Position numbers and translations under genes: made by a program. Below the pieces are notes generated by a model. The model saw only the letters and a list, made by a program, of their open reading frames with translations, did no database searches and was not told the origin of the DNA. Positions 49,251 through 60,600 of a DNA stretch of 64,000 nt are shown in pieces. The DNA lies in contig CAIMEY010000017.1 in NCBI GenBank assembly GCA_903840165.1, positions 1-64,000 on the forward strand, read 5' to 3'. The DNA comes from an uncultured Myxococcales bacterium (GTDB taxonomy: Bacteria; Myxococcota_A; UBA9042). Each line of letters begins with the position of its first letter. Position 1 is the first letter of the stretch.

Positions 49251-51284
49251 TTAATACTCCGCCTCGGCCGTCGGCGGGGCACCGTCGTCCTGATCAAAGC
49301 TACGCAACGGCTTGATTTCGACGTCAAACTCCCGTGTTGCAATCTTCTCGCTGATTTCCTTGGCAATTTCCTGGACCGTCACCGCCGGGCGTTGCCCCTC
49401 GCGATAGGTGCGCACCGAGACGGTTGAAGCCTCAGCCTCCTTCTCGCCAACTACGAGCATATACGGGGTCTTGCGCATCTCCGCTTCACGGATCTTGTAG
49501 CCCATCTTCTCGTTGCGGTCATCGACCTCAGCGCGAATCCCCAATTCCTTCAGCATCTTGGAAACGGTATAGGCATAATCGGTCGCCTTATCGCTGATCG
49601 GTACGACCACAGCCTGCACGGGGCTCATCCAAGTGGGCAATACGCCGGCGGTATGTTCGAGGAGCACGCCCATGAACCGCTCAAAAGTGCCGAAGACAGC
49701 GCGGTGAATCACGATCGGCCTTTGCCGCGTATTGTCACTGGCCGTGTAGCCCATGTCGAAGTTGATGGGCTGCTGAAAGTCGAGCTGCACCGTAGCGCAC
49801 TGCCACTTTCGCCCGAGGCAATCGCTGATTTTGATATCGATCTTCGGGCCGTAGAACGCTCCACCACCGGCGTCAACCTCATAGGCAAAGCCGCCATCCG
49901 CTAGGGCCGAGCGCAAGTCCGACTCCGCCTGATCCCAAACCTGCGGATCGCCCATGAATTTCGCCGGCCGGGTCGACAAGGTAAACCCATAGGCAAGCCC
50001 AAAGAGCGAGTAGACTTCCTTTACAATATCAAGAACTTCTGCGATCTCGGACTGCACCTGCTCGGCCGTCACGAAGATGTGCGCATCGTCCTGCATAAAC
50101 TGGCGCACGCGAAACAGGCCATTGAGGGCCCCGGCCAGTTCATTGCGGTGCAAGATGCCGCCCTCGGCGATTCGCAGCGGCAATTCCCTGAAACTACGCC
50201 GTTTTGACGTGTAGAAAAGGAAGGTATCGGGACAGTTCATCGGCTTGAGGCAGTACTCCGTGTCCTCTTGATGAACGATGAACATGTCGTCTTTGTAATG
50301 CTCGTAATGCCCCGATTTGATGTACAAATCCTTCTTGTAGAGCATGGGATTCCAGATCTCTTGGTAGCCGCGTCGTGTCCCGAGCTCCCGCCAGTATTTC
50401 TGCAGCGATTGCACGACGGTAAAGCCCCGAGGCGTCCAAAACGCCGCGCCCGGAGCCTCCTTGTGAAAGTGAAATAGGTCGAGTTCTTCGCCCAATTTCT
50501 TATGGTTACGACGCTTTGCTTCCTCAAGGAAATGCAGGTACGACTCGAGTTCCTCAGCCGTTTCCCAAGCCGTGCCATAAATGCGCTGCAACATCGGGCG
50601 GTTCGAATCGCCGCGCCAGTATGCACCCGAAGTCCGCAGGAGTTTGAAGTGCTTGAGACGACTGGTCGACGAGACGTGGGGCCCAGCGCACAGGTCGACA
50701 AACTCACCTTGCCGGTACAAGGTCACTGCTTGGACATGCTGCTCAGTCGCGATTTTCTCTAAGACTTCAAGCTTGTAGCTTTGCGCCGTCGCCTCAAACA
50801 TCGCCTGCGCCTGGCTGACCGCAATCGTCGCTGTCTGAAACGGCGTGCCGCGCTTGGCGACCTTCTTCATCCGCCGCTCGATTTCTTCCAAGTCGGCCGG
50901 CAGCAAGGGTCGCGGAAGGTCAAAATCGTAGTAAAAACCATGCTCAATCGCTGGCCCCGTGGCGACTTTCGCTGTCGGAAACAGGCTGACGACGGCTTCG
51001 GCCATCAGGTGCGCGGTCGAGTGGCGCAGGCGGTGCAGACGGACTGCGCGCGACTCTTCGAGAGGCACCTGATTGGAACCAAACGGTATTTCCCCGATGA
51101 TCTTGCTAAGCTGCTGCGCGCCCGGGTCCGTGGTTGGGACCTCGAGGACTTGTTGTTGCGCTGCGTCGCTGTCGTTCTGCTGGGGGGAAGCTATCGGATT
51201 CTCAGCCATTTGCACTCCTGGGTCCAGGCCGATACGAGTGGCCGGACAGGGCAAAATGATAGTGCTTTTTGCCTTCGCCGTCAA
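49251..51284 (-). CDS. thrS: Threonyl-tRNA synthetase
   Basis: 'RHSTAHLMAEAV' N2-domain motif. Class II core and anticodon-binding domain ('HRAVFGTFERFMGVLLEHTAG', 'VQAVVVPISDKATDYA'). The start may be internal (MAENPIAS). Confidence 0.95.
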   Translation of the reverse strand: MTAKAKSTIILPCPATRIGLDPGVQMAENPIASPQQNDSDAAQQQVLEVPTTDPGAQQLSKIIGEIPFGSNQVPLEESRAVRLHRLRHSTAHLMAEAVVSLFPTAKVATGPAIEHGFYYDFDLPRPLLPADLEEIERRMKKVAKRGTPFQTATIAVSQAQAMFEATAQSYKLEVLEKIATEQHVQAVTLYRQGEFVDLCAGPHVSSTSRLKHFKLLRTSGAYWRGDSNRPMLQRIYGTAWETAEELESYLHFLEEAKRRNHKKLGEELDLFHFHKEAPGAAFWTPRGFTVVQSLQKYWRELGTRRGYQEIWNPMLYKKDLYIKSGHYEHYKDDMFIVHQEDTEYCLKPMNCPDTFLFYTSKRRSFRELPLRIAEGGILHRNELAGALNGLFRVRQFMQDDAHIFVTAEQVQSEIAEVLDIVKEVYSLFGLAYGFTLSTRPAKFMGDPQVWDQAESDLRSALADGGFAYEVDAGGGAFYGPKIDIKISDCLGRKWQCATVQLDFQQPINFDMGYTASDNTRQRPIVIHRAVFGTFERFMGVLLEHTAGVLPTWMSPVQAVVVPISDKATDYAYTVSKMLKELGIRAEVDDRNEKMGYKIREAEMRKTPYMLVVGEKEAEASTVSVRTYREGQRPAVTVQEIAKEISEKIATREFDVEIKPLRSFDQDDGAPPTAEAEY

Positions 51285-51377
51285 CGATAGCCCGCCTCGT
51301 CAACGCTACGCTGGCCAGGATGTTGGGCTAGCAAGCCGTAGGCTACCCGAGGCAAGATCCTGATCTTGCAGGGGATT

Positions 51378-52130
51378 CTACAATTGCCCGCGCAGGTGTT
51401 CCCCGGGCGTACGCGGAGGCAGCGACCAATCGATGGGCGTCAGGCCTTGGGCACTCAACTGCTGATTGATTTGGGAAAAATGCCCGCAACCGATGAAACC
51501 ACGATAGGCCGACAGTGGCGATGGATGCGGCGCAACCAATACCGTATGTCGCCCCCTTTCCACGTAGGACGCCTTGCGCTGCGCCGGAGCGCCCCACAGG
51601 GCGAAGATGAGCCCGTCACGACGCCGATTTAGCTCCGTAATCACGCGATCGGTGAACTGCTCCCACCCCTGATTTGCGTGTGATTGCGGGCTATTGGCGC
51701 GCACCGTCAGCACCGAATTGAGCATTAGCACGCCCTGCTCTGCCCAGTGTTGCAGGCAACCGTGGGTCGGCAGCGAAACGCCCAAATCGCGATTTAACTC
51801 CGTGAATATGTTGCGCAAAGACGGCGGTATCGCCACGCCCGGCCTGACGCTGAAACTCAGTCCATGGGCCTGATCCGGCCCGTGGTACGGATCCTGACCC
51901 AGAATCACGACTTTGACGCGATCAAAGGGGGCGAACCAAAAGGCGTTGAAGATGTCGCGCCCCGGCGGATAGACCGTATGGGTCCTCTTCTCGCTCTGCA
52001 AAAACAGCCGTAAATCGCGCATATACGGCTGTCCGAAGGCGTCGCCCAGGACCGTCAACCAACTCGGCTCCAGGTCTGGGTGACGGGCAACGGGCCCCGT
52101 GATGCGTGTCGAATCCATGGCGCGCCCCAA
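51378..52130 (-). CDS. ung: Uracil-DNA glycosylase, family 1
   Basis: 'VKVVILGQDPYHGPDQAHGLSFSV' and 'GVLMLNSVLTV', 'HPSPLS' motifs. Confidence 0.9.
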   Translation of the reverse strand: MGRAMDSTRITGPVARHPDLEPSWLTVLGDAFGQPYMRDLRLFLQSEKRTHTVYPPGRDIFNAFWFAPFDRVKVVILGQDPYHGPDQAHGLSFSVRPGVAIPPSLRNIFTELNRDLGVSLPTHGCLQHWAEQGVLMLNSVLTVRANSPQSHANQGWEQFTDRVITELNRRRDGLIFALWGAPAQRKASYVERGRHTVLVAPHPSPLSAYRGFIGCGHFSQINQQLSAQGLTPIDWSLPPRTPGEHLRGQL

Positions 52131-52231
52131 CGGTGCGTCCCAGGCCGGACGCCATGGGTCAAAATGCCACGCGCTGGGCCGAGTTGCAAGGAAACGATAG
52201 CCTGAATTCTCGATGCGTCGCTGCCGAATTA

Positions 52232-55200
52232 CTACGTCGGGTCGTCGAAATCAGCCGGCCCCGAGCCCATAGGCGCGACGTAACGCAGCCCAGCGCCTTG
52301 ATTTCCCGTGCCGAAAATCGCCTCGAGGTCGGCGCGCGTCAACTGCTTGACGCCCTCAGCCTCGCTCTCGATCGCAGAACTAGCCAAATGTCGTTTGCGT
52401 TCCTGCAGTACCAGGATCTGGTCCTCAACGCTGTCTTCCACCGCCAAGCGAATCACCAGCACCGGCTTGGTCTGGCCGATGCGGTGCACGCGGTCGGAGG
52501 CTTGCTGCTCAACTGCTGGATTCCACCAGGGATCGTAGTGGATCACAACGTCGGCCGCCGTCAGATTGAGGCCCACGCCGCCCGCCTTGAGGGACACCAA
52601 GAACACTGGCGGCCCATCCACCGCTTGGGCATGGGCAATCACGGCAGCACGATCGCGTGTAGCGCCATCCAAGTACGCAGTTTCAATGCCTAAATCCGTC
52701 AGACTGCGCCGAAGGATCTTCAGCATCGTCGTCCATTGCGAGAACACCAGCACGCGCCGGCCTTCAGACAGCAATTCCTCCACTGTTTCAAGGAACAAGA
52801 TGGTCTTGGCCGACTCAGGTGCCTGACGTGCCTCGTCAAACGGCAGCAGTTCCGGATGGCAGCAGGTCTGGCGAAGACGCAGCAAGGCTTCGAGCACCGT
52901 CAAGGCATTGCGCTCCACCGACGATTCCGACACCAGTTTCATCACTTGCGCGCGATAGGTATTGCGAACCTTCTCATAGAGTTGGCGCTGAGGCGGCGAG
53001 AGATTGCAACGCAGCGTCACTTCCGTCACGGGCGGGAGTTCGGTGAGCACGTCAGACTTGAGCCGGCGCAGCAGGAAGGGGCGCAGACGTTGACGCAGCT
53101 GGTCGAGCAATTCTGGTTGCAATTCACCGGCTTTCTCGACGCCATAGCGCCTTAAGAACCGGGCGCGGGTGCCAAAGAAGCCGGGCATCAGGAAGTGGTA
53201 TTGGCTCCACAATTCCATGAGGTTGTTCTCAAGCGGCGTACCGGTCAGCGTCAGGCGATGGTGGGCCTGCACCCCGCGAGCCGCCTGAGCCGTCTGCGAG
53301 CCGGCATTCTTGATGGCCTGGGCTTCATCGAGAATACAGTAATGAAATCGCTGAGCTAACAGTGCTTCCTGGTCCAGGCGCAACAGCGCATAACTGGTGA
53401 TCACGATGTGCGCTTGCTCTAAGTGCTTGAGGCGGTCGAGCCTCTCCTCCCGCGACGAGCCGCGAAGGACCACGACGTTCAGTTCTGGTGTAAACTTCGC
53501 AGCTTCCGACGCCCAGTTCTGCACCACCGAAGTCGGCGCCACCACCAAGGAGGGCAGCGTCGCCCGCCCGGACTGCACTTCATCCTGCAAAACCGCCAAA
53601 GTCTGAATGGTTTTGCCCAGACCCATGTCGTCGGCCAGGCAGCCATGCAGGCCCAGGTCGCGCAGGCAACTGAGCCACTCAAAGCCGCGATGCTGATAAC
53701 CCCGCAAATCGCCTTTGAAACCGGTAGGCAGAGGTCGAGGCTGAATGCCCTCGAAGGCATCGAGCTTGTCGACAAAGTGGGTCCAACCCTCATCGCCGGT
53801 CTCGTGTTCCTTGGCCAATTCCACAAGGGCAGCCGCGAGATACGGGGCGACTTGGTGCTCGCCGGTCTCGGGATCGACCGTCGCTAAGTCCTGCAAATCC
53901 GCCAGGACCGAAGCGTGGCGTCTCAACCACGCGACGGGCAATCTCGCCATTTCTCCATCAGCCAGGCGAAGATAGCGTGCATTGGCCCGCCATGCGGCAA
54001 TGAGGTCGGCCAGCTTGACCTGCAGGTCGCCGGCGCGAATCTCGATCTTGACGCCAAACCAGTCGATTCCACTACGAATCTTGACCTGAGGCACGATCGC
54101 GTGGCGGCTCGGACGCAGGCTGACCAGTTGGTCCTGACCCAGGATTTCAGCGCCATCGCGCTCCAGGGCTGGCAGATGATCCGTCAAGAAATCAAGGGCT
54201 TCATCGAGGGAAAGATGAGCCGGCAGCGAAGCGCCGACCGAGCGAGCAACCCGCGTGTGCCAGCGCTGCTCGGTGAGGTGGTCGCGTTGCCAAAGCGTCG
54301 TCGTCGCCAGCAAGCCGCGGCCTGGTTCTGGATGGTGGCTGCGGGCAAAGACCTTGGGGCCAAAACCGAAAGCAAACTCCAGGACTTCATGGGCAGGGCC
54401 CTTGTTTTCCCGACGCGGCACGATTTCCCCGTCGTCGGCGCGGTACGCAAAGACCAGGCCCACGGTCAACATACCGTCGACTTCACCGAGCTTGACGGTA
54501 GGAACGGCTGACGCAATGCGGGCTTGGGGCAGCTGAGTCGTTCGTTCGATGAGGTTGACGTCGCCACGCAACTGAGGCAACACGTCACGGGAAAAGTTTG
54601 CAATATCCGAAGGATAAATCGTGATCGCGCCACTGCGCAGCAAGTTCAGCACCGCCGGCACGGCACTGTCCGGCCGAACCATGCAACTTTCCTGGCGTAA
54701 GTAGATCCATGGCACGGGGCCCGGCATCAGCACATAGTCATCACCGCCCCGGCCAGCCGCGCTCGACTGGACCTGAGCCCGCATTTCTAGGCCCCCGTCC
54801 GGCGTGTCCTGAATCAGCACCGTAACGGGCCTCAAGTTACCGTCAACAGTGGCTTCTTCGCCGTCCACGCGCAGGGTAAGCGGCTCGGCGTCGACGAACA
54901 AGCGCAGGAAAACATCAATAAATCCGGGCTGTATTGTCCGCACGCGCAAATCGTGGCGATTGACCAGGCAAAGCACGGGAATCAAGTCGTCGCGGTTCTC
55001 TGCCGAGTCATTCTTGGTGCGATAGCCGAAGTGCCCTACGGCGCTTGGCGTCCAACCAAGCACAGTTCCAGCACTTTTCTTGCCTTTGTCCGACACGGCC
55101 CGCCGCCGCCGCACCACGCCGACGGTCGTATCGCTGCCTTCGGTGTGCAAGGTCAAATCATAACAAATCCAAGTCGTTCGATTATCAGGATTGCGACGCT

Positions 55201-55567
55201 CGTGCCCCGTCGGTTGCAGCAGTCCACGCCAACCGCCTCGCTCCGTGGCTTTGCCTTGCTGGCCGCTCTGGCTAGCCAGCGTGTGCTGCAAGGAAAGTGC
55301 CGCAGCCATGGCGTGCATGCACGCGTCATCGCCGTTTTCACAGTTACATTCCCAGCTATCGAGCACCGAGCCCAGTTCGCCGTTCTCAACGGTCAGTTCA
55401 ACGGTCAGGGCGCTCTCGCGCTCCTCGCCGACAAGAATCTGCCAGTGATTTTCTTGGGTTTCCGTGCGAACGAGGCGCTGGACTTGACCCCGGCGAAATG
55501 CCTCGGCCCCGGCCAACCGTGCGCGATTGCTGATGCTGCTTTCGAGCAGGCTCAGGTTTAGGCGCAT
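52232..55567 (-). CDS. SNF2-family helicase with N-terminal SWIM zinc finger
   Basis: 'CNCENGDDACMHAMAAAL' (SWIM CxCxnCxH). 'LADDMGLGKTIQTLA' (motif I). 'YCILDEAQAIKN' (DEAQ box). Helicase-C 'VFLVSLKAGGVGLNLTAADVVIHYDPWWNPA'. Confidence 0.9.
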   Translation of the reverse strand: MRLNLSLLESSISNRARLAGAEAFRRGQVQRLVRTETQENHWQILVGEERESALTVELTVENGELGSVLDSWECNCENGDDACMHAMAAALSLQHTLASQSGQQGKATERGGWRGLLQPTGHERRNPDNRTTWICYDLTLHTEGSDTTVGVVRRRRAVSDKGKKSAGTVLGWTPSAVGHFGYRTKNDSAENRDDLIPVLCLVNRHDLRVRTIQPGFIDVFLRLFVDAEPLTLRVDGEEATVDGNLRPVTVLIQDTPDGGLEMRAQVQSSAAGRGGDDYVLMPGPVPWIYLRQESCMVRPDSAVPAVLNLLRSGAITIYPSDIANFSRDVLPQLRGDVNLIERTTQLPQARIASAVPTVKLGEVDGMLTVGLVFAYRADDGEIVPRRENKGPAHEVLEFAFGFGPKVFARSHHPEPGRGLLATTTLWQRDHLTEQRWHTRVARSVGASLPAHLSLDEALDFLTDHLPALERDGAEILGQDQLVSLRPSRHAIVPQVKIRSGIDWFGVKIEIRAGDLQVKLADLIAAWRANARYLRLADGEMARLPVAWLRRHASVLADLQDLATVDPETGEHQVAPYLAAALVELAKEHETGDEGWTHFVDKLDAFEGIQPRPLPTGFKGDLRGYQHRGFEWLSCLRDLGLHGCLADDMGLGKTIQTLAVLQDEVQSGRATLPSLVVAPTSVVQNWASEAAKFTPELNVVVLRGSSREERLDRLKHLEQAHIVITSYALLRLDQEALLAQRFHYCILDEAQAIKNAGSQTAQAARGVQAHHRLTLTGTPLENNLMELWSQYHFLMPGFFGTRARFLRRYGVEKAGELQPELLDQLRQRLRPFLLRRLKSDVLTELPPVTEVTLRCNLSPPQRQLYEKVRNTYRAQVMKLVSESSVERNALTVLEALLRLRQTCCHPELLPFDEARQAPESAKTILFLETVEELLSEGRRVLVFSQWTTMLKILRRSLTDLGIETAYLDGATRDRAAVIAHAQAVDGPPVFLVSLKAGGVGLNLTAADVVIHYDPWWNPAVEQQASDRVHRIGQTKPVLVIRLAVEDSVEDQILVLQERKRHLASSAIESEAEGVKQLTRADLEAIFGTGNQGAGLRYVAPMGSGPADFDDPT

Positions 55568-56694
55568 GCGGCCTCCTCGCCAGACACAAGATCGGCCAGT
55601 GGTTCGGACCACGCTGGCGAAACCTCGTCGGCAGCCACCGGGCCCATCAGTTCGTGCAAGACAACGGTGGCGAAAGCGCCCGCAGGCAGCTGAAATTGAA
55701 CTGTAATCCCGTCATCGTGCGCTTGGAGGCTGGCATCATGGACAGGCACGGACAGGGGGCGCCGGGTGCCCTCGGCCAAATGCCCGATCGCCGCGAAATC
55801 CGCAAGCGTTAGGCCACATTCTGCCATCATCTGTGCCTCGATCTCAGCGGGTCGGCCGCTGGCCTGCATCATCTTGGGCCCCCACATGGGCCCAGTCACG
55901 TCCAATTCACCTGCCAGCAAGCGGAGTTGATCGCGCTCAGCATCGTCTGAAAGAAACAAGCCCCCGCTGGCTCGCTTGCGGCAGAGGTCCCCCGCCAAGA
56001 CCTGCCTCCAGACGCCCTGGGCGACGCGCCACGTCAGCACGCGATTGAACACCTCGGATTGCAAGGCAGAAGCCGCCAAGCGGCGCAGAGAGCGGTCTTC
56101 GAGGTGCAGGGTGTGAACCGTCTCATCGGGCGTGCGAACGCGGCATAACCCATCGGCACCATGGGCCAAAGCCCAGCCACCGGCCAAAGTGCTGCCGCCC
56201 TGCCCCATGCGCTGGCTGCCAAAAAAGTCGGCAACGCCGGTCAGCGCCAAGGCGTCGAGCTTGGCCTGAACCCGCGGCGCCGCATCAGGAACCGTATTGC
56301 GGACACGGATTCTGAAGCGATTGCCCGCCAAGTGGCCGGTTCGCAACTTGTTTCGGTGGGTAGCGACTTCAAGGACCTGGACCCGGTCGTTGCTCAGGGC
56401 CGGCACCCGCGCTGCCGCCGATTTGGGCACGCTCAGCCACTGCCGCGTCACCGCCCGCCGATCTTTGAGGCCCGCCATGCCGACGTCCCGGGGCGAAACC
56501 ACCAAGGTACGGGCAATGTGGCGCCGAAGAAAATCTCCTGTCATATCGCGCTTTTGCACGAAGAGATACAGGTGCTCGCCCTCGCCGGACGGCAGGTAGA
56601 GGGGAATCTCCTCGACCTCAAAATCTTCAACAAATAGACGGATTTGCCCACCACACCCCGGAAGGTGGTCGGTCACCCGCGGCAGCGGATGCAT
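55558..56694 (-). CDS. truD: tRNA pseudouridine(13) synthase
   Basis: 'GMAGLKDRRAVTRQWLS' (catalytic Asp motif), 'FGSQRMGQGGSTL', 'AGAFATVVLHELM' align with E. coli TruD. Start at MHPLPRV. The long ORF extension overlaps the helicase gene. Confidence 0.8.
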   Translation of the reverse strand: MHPLPRVTDHLPGCGGQIRLFVEDFEVEEIPLYLPSGEGEHLYLFVQKRDMTGDFLRRHIARTLVVSPRDVGMAGLKDRRAVTRQWLSVPKSAAARVPALSNDRVQVLEVATHRNKLRTGHLAGNRFRIRVRNTVPDAAPRVQAKLDALALTGVADFFGSQRMGQGGSTLAGGWALAHGADGLCRVRTPDETVHTLHLEDRSLRRLAASALQSEVFNRVLTWRVAQGVWRQVLAGDLCRKRASGGLFLSDDAERDQLRLLAGELDVTGPMWGPKMMQASGRPAEIEAQMMAECGLTLADFAAIGHLAEGTRRPLSVPVHDASLQAHDDGITVQFQLPAGAFATVVLHELMGPVAADEVSPAWSEPLADLVSGEEAACA

Positions 56695-56912
56695 GGGCAA
56701 TAGGGGACAATCGAGGGGTGCCATCATGGGCGTGTCAAGATGCCTGGAAAGTGCGTGCGGCGCAACGGCTGCCGCCAATCGGGCCGATGGCTGCACCCCG
56801 GCGCAGCGCGAACTGCAAGCCCGGGCAGCGCCATCGTGATTCGCCGGCCTAGGGCGCGCCGCTGCGGGCAACAGCACTTGCCAAGCTGCCACTAAGATCC
56901 GACACTTGGACC

Positions 56913-57476
56913 ATGAACCGCGCCCCCCACCTGAGCGACGATTCCGTGCCTACGGCCCTGCACATCGGCCCCGCTGCGCATCGCGTTTGCGACGCTCTGG
57001 GCGATTTGATGGCGTTTTGGGGCTTTCCGCGCTCGCACGGCCGTATTTGGGCCCTGCTGTACCTGCACGACCGCCCGCTTCATGCCGGCGAAATTGCTGA
57101 AAGTCTGGAACTTTCTTCCGGCCAGGTCTCTATGTCGCTGCGCGACCTGGAGCACTGGAGCGTGGTCCACCCGCAGAGACAGCCCGGCCAGAGACGCACG
57201 TGGTATCACCCTGAAATCAACCTGTTTCGCATGATCGCCACGGTCTTTGCCCAACGCGAACTGCAACAGGTGCGGACGATGGCGCAGACGCTGCAGGTAG
57301 CCCTGCGCGAGTTGAAGAGCCAGCCGCATAGCCCGGCAATTGCCTTTCGTCTCAAGAGGATGGAAAGCCTTGTCGCGATGACGGAACTGGGCCGCAGCCT
57401 GATCGAGCGCTTGATCGCGGGCAAGTTGCTGCCGCCGGCCGTGCAAGCCGCGCTGGACCAGGACCTCACGGGCTGA
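56913..57476 (+). CDS. GbsR/MarR-type winged-helix transcriptional regulator
   Basis: 'LMAFWGFPRSHGRIWALLYLHDRPLHAGEIAESLELSSGQVSMSLRDLEHWSVV' resembles the GbsR-family HTH. Confidence 0.65.
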   Translation: MNRAPHLSDDSVPTALHIGPAAHRVCDALGDLMAFWGFPRSHGRIWALLYLHDRPLHAGEIAESLELSSGQVSMSLRDLEHWSVVHPQRQPGQRRTWYHPEINLFRMIATVFAQRELQQVRTMAQTLQVALRELKSQPHSPAIAFRLKRMESLVAMTELGRSLIERLIAGKLLPPAVQAALDQDLTG

Positions 57477-57605
57477 TCGGCCTATCCTATCAAAGCGTTC
57501 CACTGCATGGCGGTTGGTGCCGTCGTGATGACGCCAGTCCGACCGCTAGCCTGGTCCAATACGCTGGGCCAAGAAGAGACCGCCGATCCCGTATGTCCCT
57601 GATCG

Positions 57606-60600
57606 CTAGGGTAGACTTGCCGCAACGTAGACCACGGCACCGGGCTTGGTGGGCACGCCGGGCCACGCGGAATCGCCCCAGCAACCCACCGCGCCCGTGA
57701 CTGTAACCGCACAGGCGTGGTTGTCATGGGCGGCTACGGCGACCACTGCGGCGATCGGTACCGACAGCGCCTTGGCGACGGCCGAAACCCCAGGCGTAGT
57801 GCTGCATTGGCCGACAGTGTTGTCGCCCCAACAGGCCAGTTGTCCCAAGGCATCGGCTGCGCAATTGAACTGCTCGCCCGCTGCTATCGCCTTTGCGGCC
57901 TGGGCAAAAACGACGGTTTCCGTTGGAATAGCAAGCGGTTGCTTACCTGTTACGCCCGAGCCCAGTTGGCCATGATCGTTGGTGCCCCAGCACTGCGGGG
58001 GCCCGTCCGGGTAGCGCAGACACAGGTGGTAGTCGCCGATGGTGCAATCGCTGGCGCCGGCTTTGATCGTGAGGGTCAGGGGGGGCGTATCGGCAGGCGG
58101 GTTGGCGACAAAATCGACGCTTCCCCAGCACTTCAACTCGTTGCTTTGACTACGAACACAGGTGGAATTGCTTCCAGCGGCCAGCCACGCGGCTTGACCA
58201 AACAGACCAACAAGGGTGGGCGGCACCTTGGTTCCGACAGGCACAATGCCGGCTTGCAGATGCAGGTTGTCGCCCCAGCACCAAACCGTCTGATTTTGCA
58301 GCAGAGCGCACGCGTGGTTGTCTCCCAGGGCGATTTGCGTCACCGGTTGAGGCAGCGCCACGGCCAACGGCGTGGAATTGCTGAGCAAAGCGATTGCGCC
58401 TACTTGCCCAAGCATGCCGTGGCTGTTGTTGCCCCAGCACTGCACGGTACCGTCCTGGAGTAAGGCACAGGCAGCGTCCGATCCCGCTGCAATTTGAAGG
58501 GCTTTCCCGGGCAAGGGCACGGTCTGGGGCACGGTCTGCTCGGTGGCGTCGCCCGTCCCGAGTTGCTTGACCTGATCGGCACCCCAGCAGGAAACACTGC
58601 CCGAAGTAAGCAGCGCACAAGAGAAATTGCCACCGGCGACCACCGTCTTGGCCCAAGGCGTGATGCACGCGCCAGCCGCACAGACCAGGCCAGCACCACA
58701 ACCGGTGCCGTCGCCCAGTTTCTGGTGGCCGCAGCCGACCTTGGCATCACAACTATCTAATGTGCAAGGATTATCATCGTCACAGGATATGGCGATGCCT
58801 GCTGTGCAAAGGCCGGTGACACACACGTCTTTGACCGTGCAGGCATCTTGGTCATCGCAGGTCGCGTCCTGGGCCAGGTGCACACAGCCCTTGCTGCTAT
58901 CGCAACTATCTAATGTGCAAGGATTTCCATCCCCGCAAGCCAAAGGCGTTCCTTGGCACTGCCCGCCGCTGCACAGGTCGGCCACCGTGCATAGGGTACC
59001 ATCGTCGCAGGGCGCCGTACTTTTCACGTGAATACAGCCGCTTACTGGATCGCAGGCCTCCAAGGTGCAGGAGTTGTTGTCCTCGCAAGCGCTGTCCGAC
59101 CCTGCGCAAAGGCCGCTGCTGCAGCCGATGCCGCCCCATGGGTTCGAGCGCAGCCAAAGGCCTGATTTGTCTTGAGAACCGGCGGCAACCCAACCCCACG
59201 GACTCGCAGCCACCGCCTCAAGACCACCGGTCGTAGTCGGTAGCAACTGCCACGCCAGCGTCCCGACGAGGTCCGCACGTACCAAGCGGGCCTGCGACGA
59301 TTGGTCGACAGCAACGGATTTTCCTGCAAGAATGAGGGTATCGCCAGCAGACGCTACGCCAGCTTGCCATTGCCCCGTCCAGTCCGACCAAGTGTGCTGG
59401 GCCAGAACTTGACTGGCCGACAAGTCCAGCCGCGCCAACCAAGGCTTTGAAATTCCGCCTATTTCACATCGGCCAACTGCAACAACTCCTCCTGCCACCG
59501 GTAGTAGGGCCGCGATGTGGGTGGAGGCCCCGGTAGCGCACGCAACGCCAATGGCGGTGGCCGCCTTCACGCCTTCCCAACTTGCGCTAACCACGTAACT
59601 CTGCACAGGATCTGCCGCAAGACCAACTGTTTCGCCGGCAATGATTAGGTGATCCCCGGCATCGGCCAAGGCTGTCGCTCGTACGGGTGCGTCGCCAATC
59701 AGGGCCAGGGGCTTGCGCCAAATCTGTTTATCTTCAAGGCGTTCAATGACAAGACTTGGGGCCCCAGCACTGCCTGTTGTCGAGGCCACCACAGCGCCAC
59801 CATTGTGCAGCACAGCCGCCGCGGGTTGGTCTGGCCAATCGGTCGCCTGAGGCACCGGCGGAGGCTCCTGCCCAGGCTTGAGATTAATCGCCAACAAAAA
59901 CGAATTCTTATCTCCGCTCGTTCCAAGCAGAAGAACGCTGCCTGCCAGGGGAACGGCCAGGCGATAGCTAGCCGCGGTACCATCAGGACTCAGCCAGTTT
60001 CCCAGCAGTTTCCCTTGTGCCGTGCGACGTTGCAGCCATGCCCTGGGCTGCAGGACTCCCTGACCATCTTGGGCCTGCACGCCAGCAGCCAACCAGTTGC
60101 CATCGGCTTCTGCGGCAACAGCGTAAAACTGGCTGAAAAGACTAGACTCTCCAGCAGCCGCGGCGACCCAGCTCTCGGGCCCCGTTTGGCACTGCCCGGC
60201 CACGCAAACGTCAGGCCCTGTGCAGGCTTGACCGTCGGGGCAAGGTCCGTCGATAGCCGTTTGACTACAACCCGCGGGCAGACAAGTACCTGTTGTGCAA
60301 GGATTACCATCGTCACAATCGGCCGGCTGGCACGGTGACACCACCTCTGTGGCTGCATCGGCCGCATCGACCAAGCCTTCGCTGGTGACCGAATCTGGCA
60401 TGATGTCAAGGATTTCAGGGGTAATCGTCGAGTCCTCTGCGTCCAGGGCAGTATTGGCGTCCACTGAGTCAATACCCTGAATTTCCGATGTTTTACCATC
60501 GCTTGCAGCTACATCACCGCCATCGGCATGGGCGGCCCAGTAGGCGTCGAGGTCGGCCCCCACGTCACCAAGTCCACAACCGCTCAATAGTGAAAGAAAA

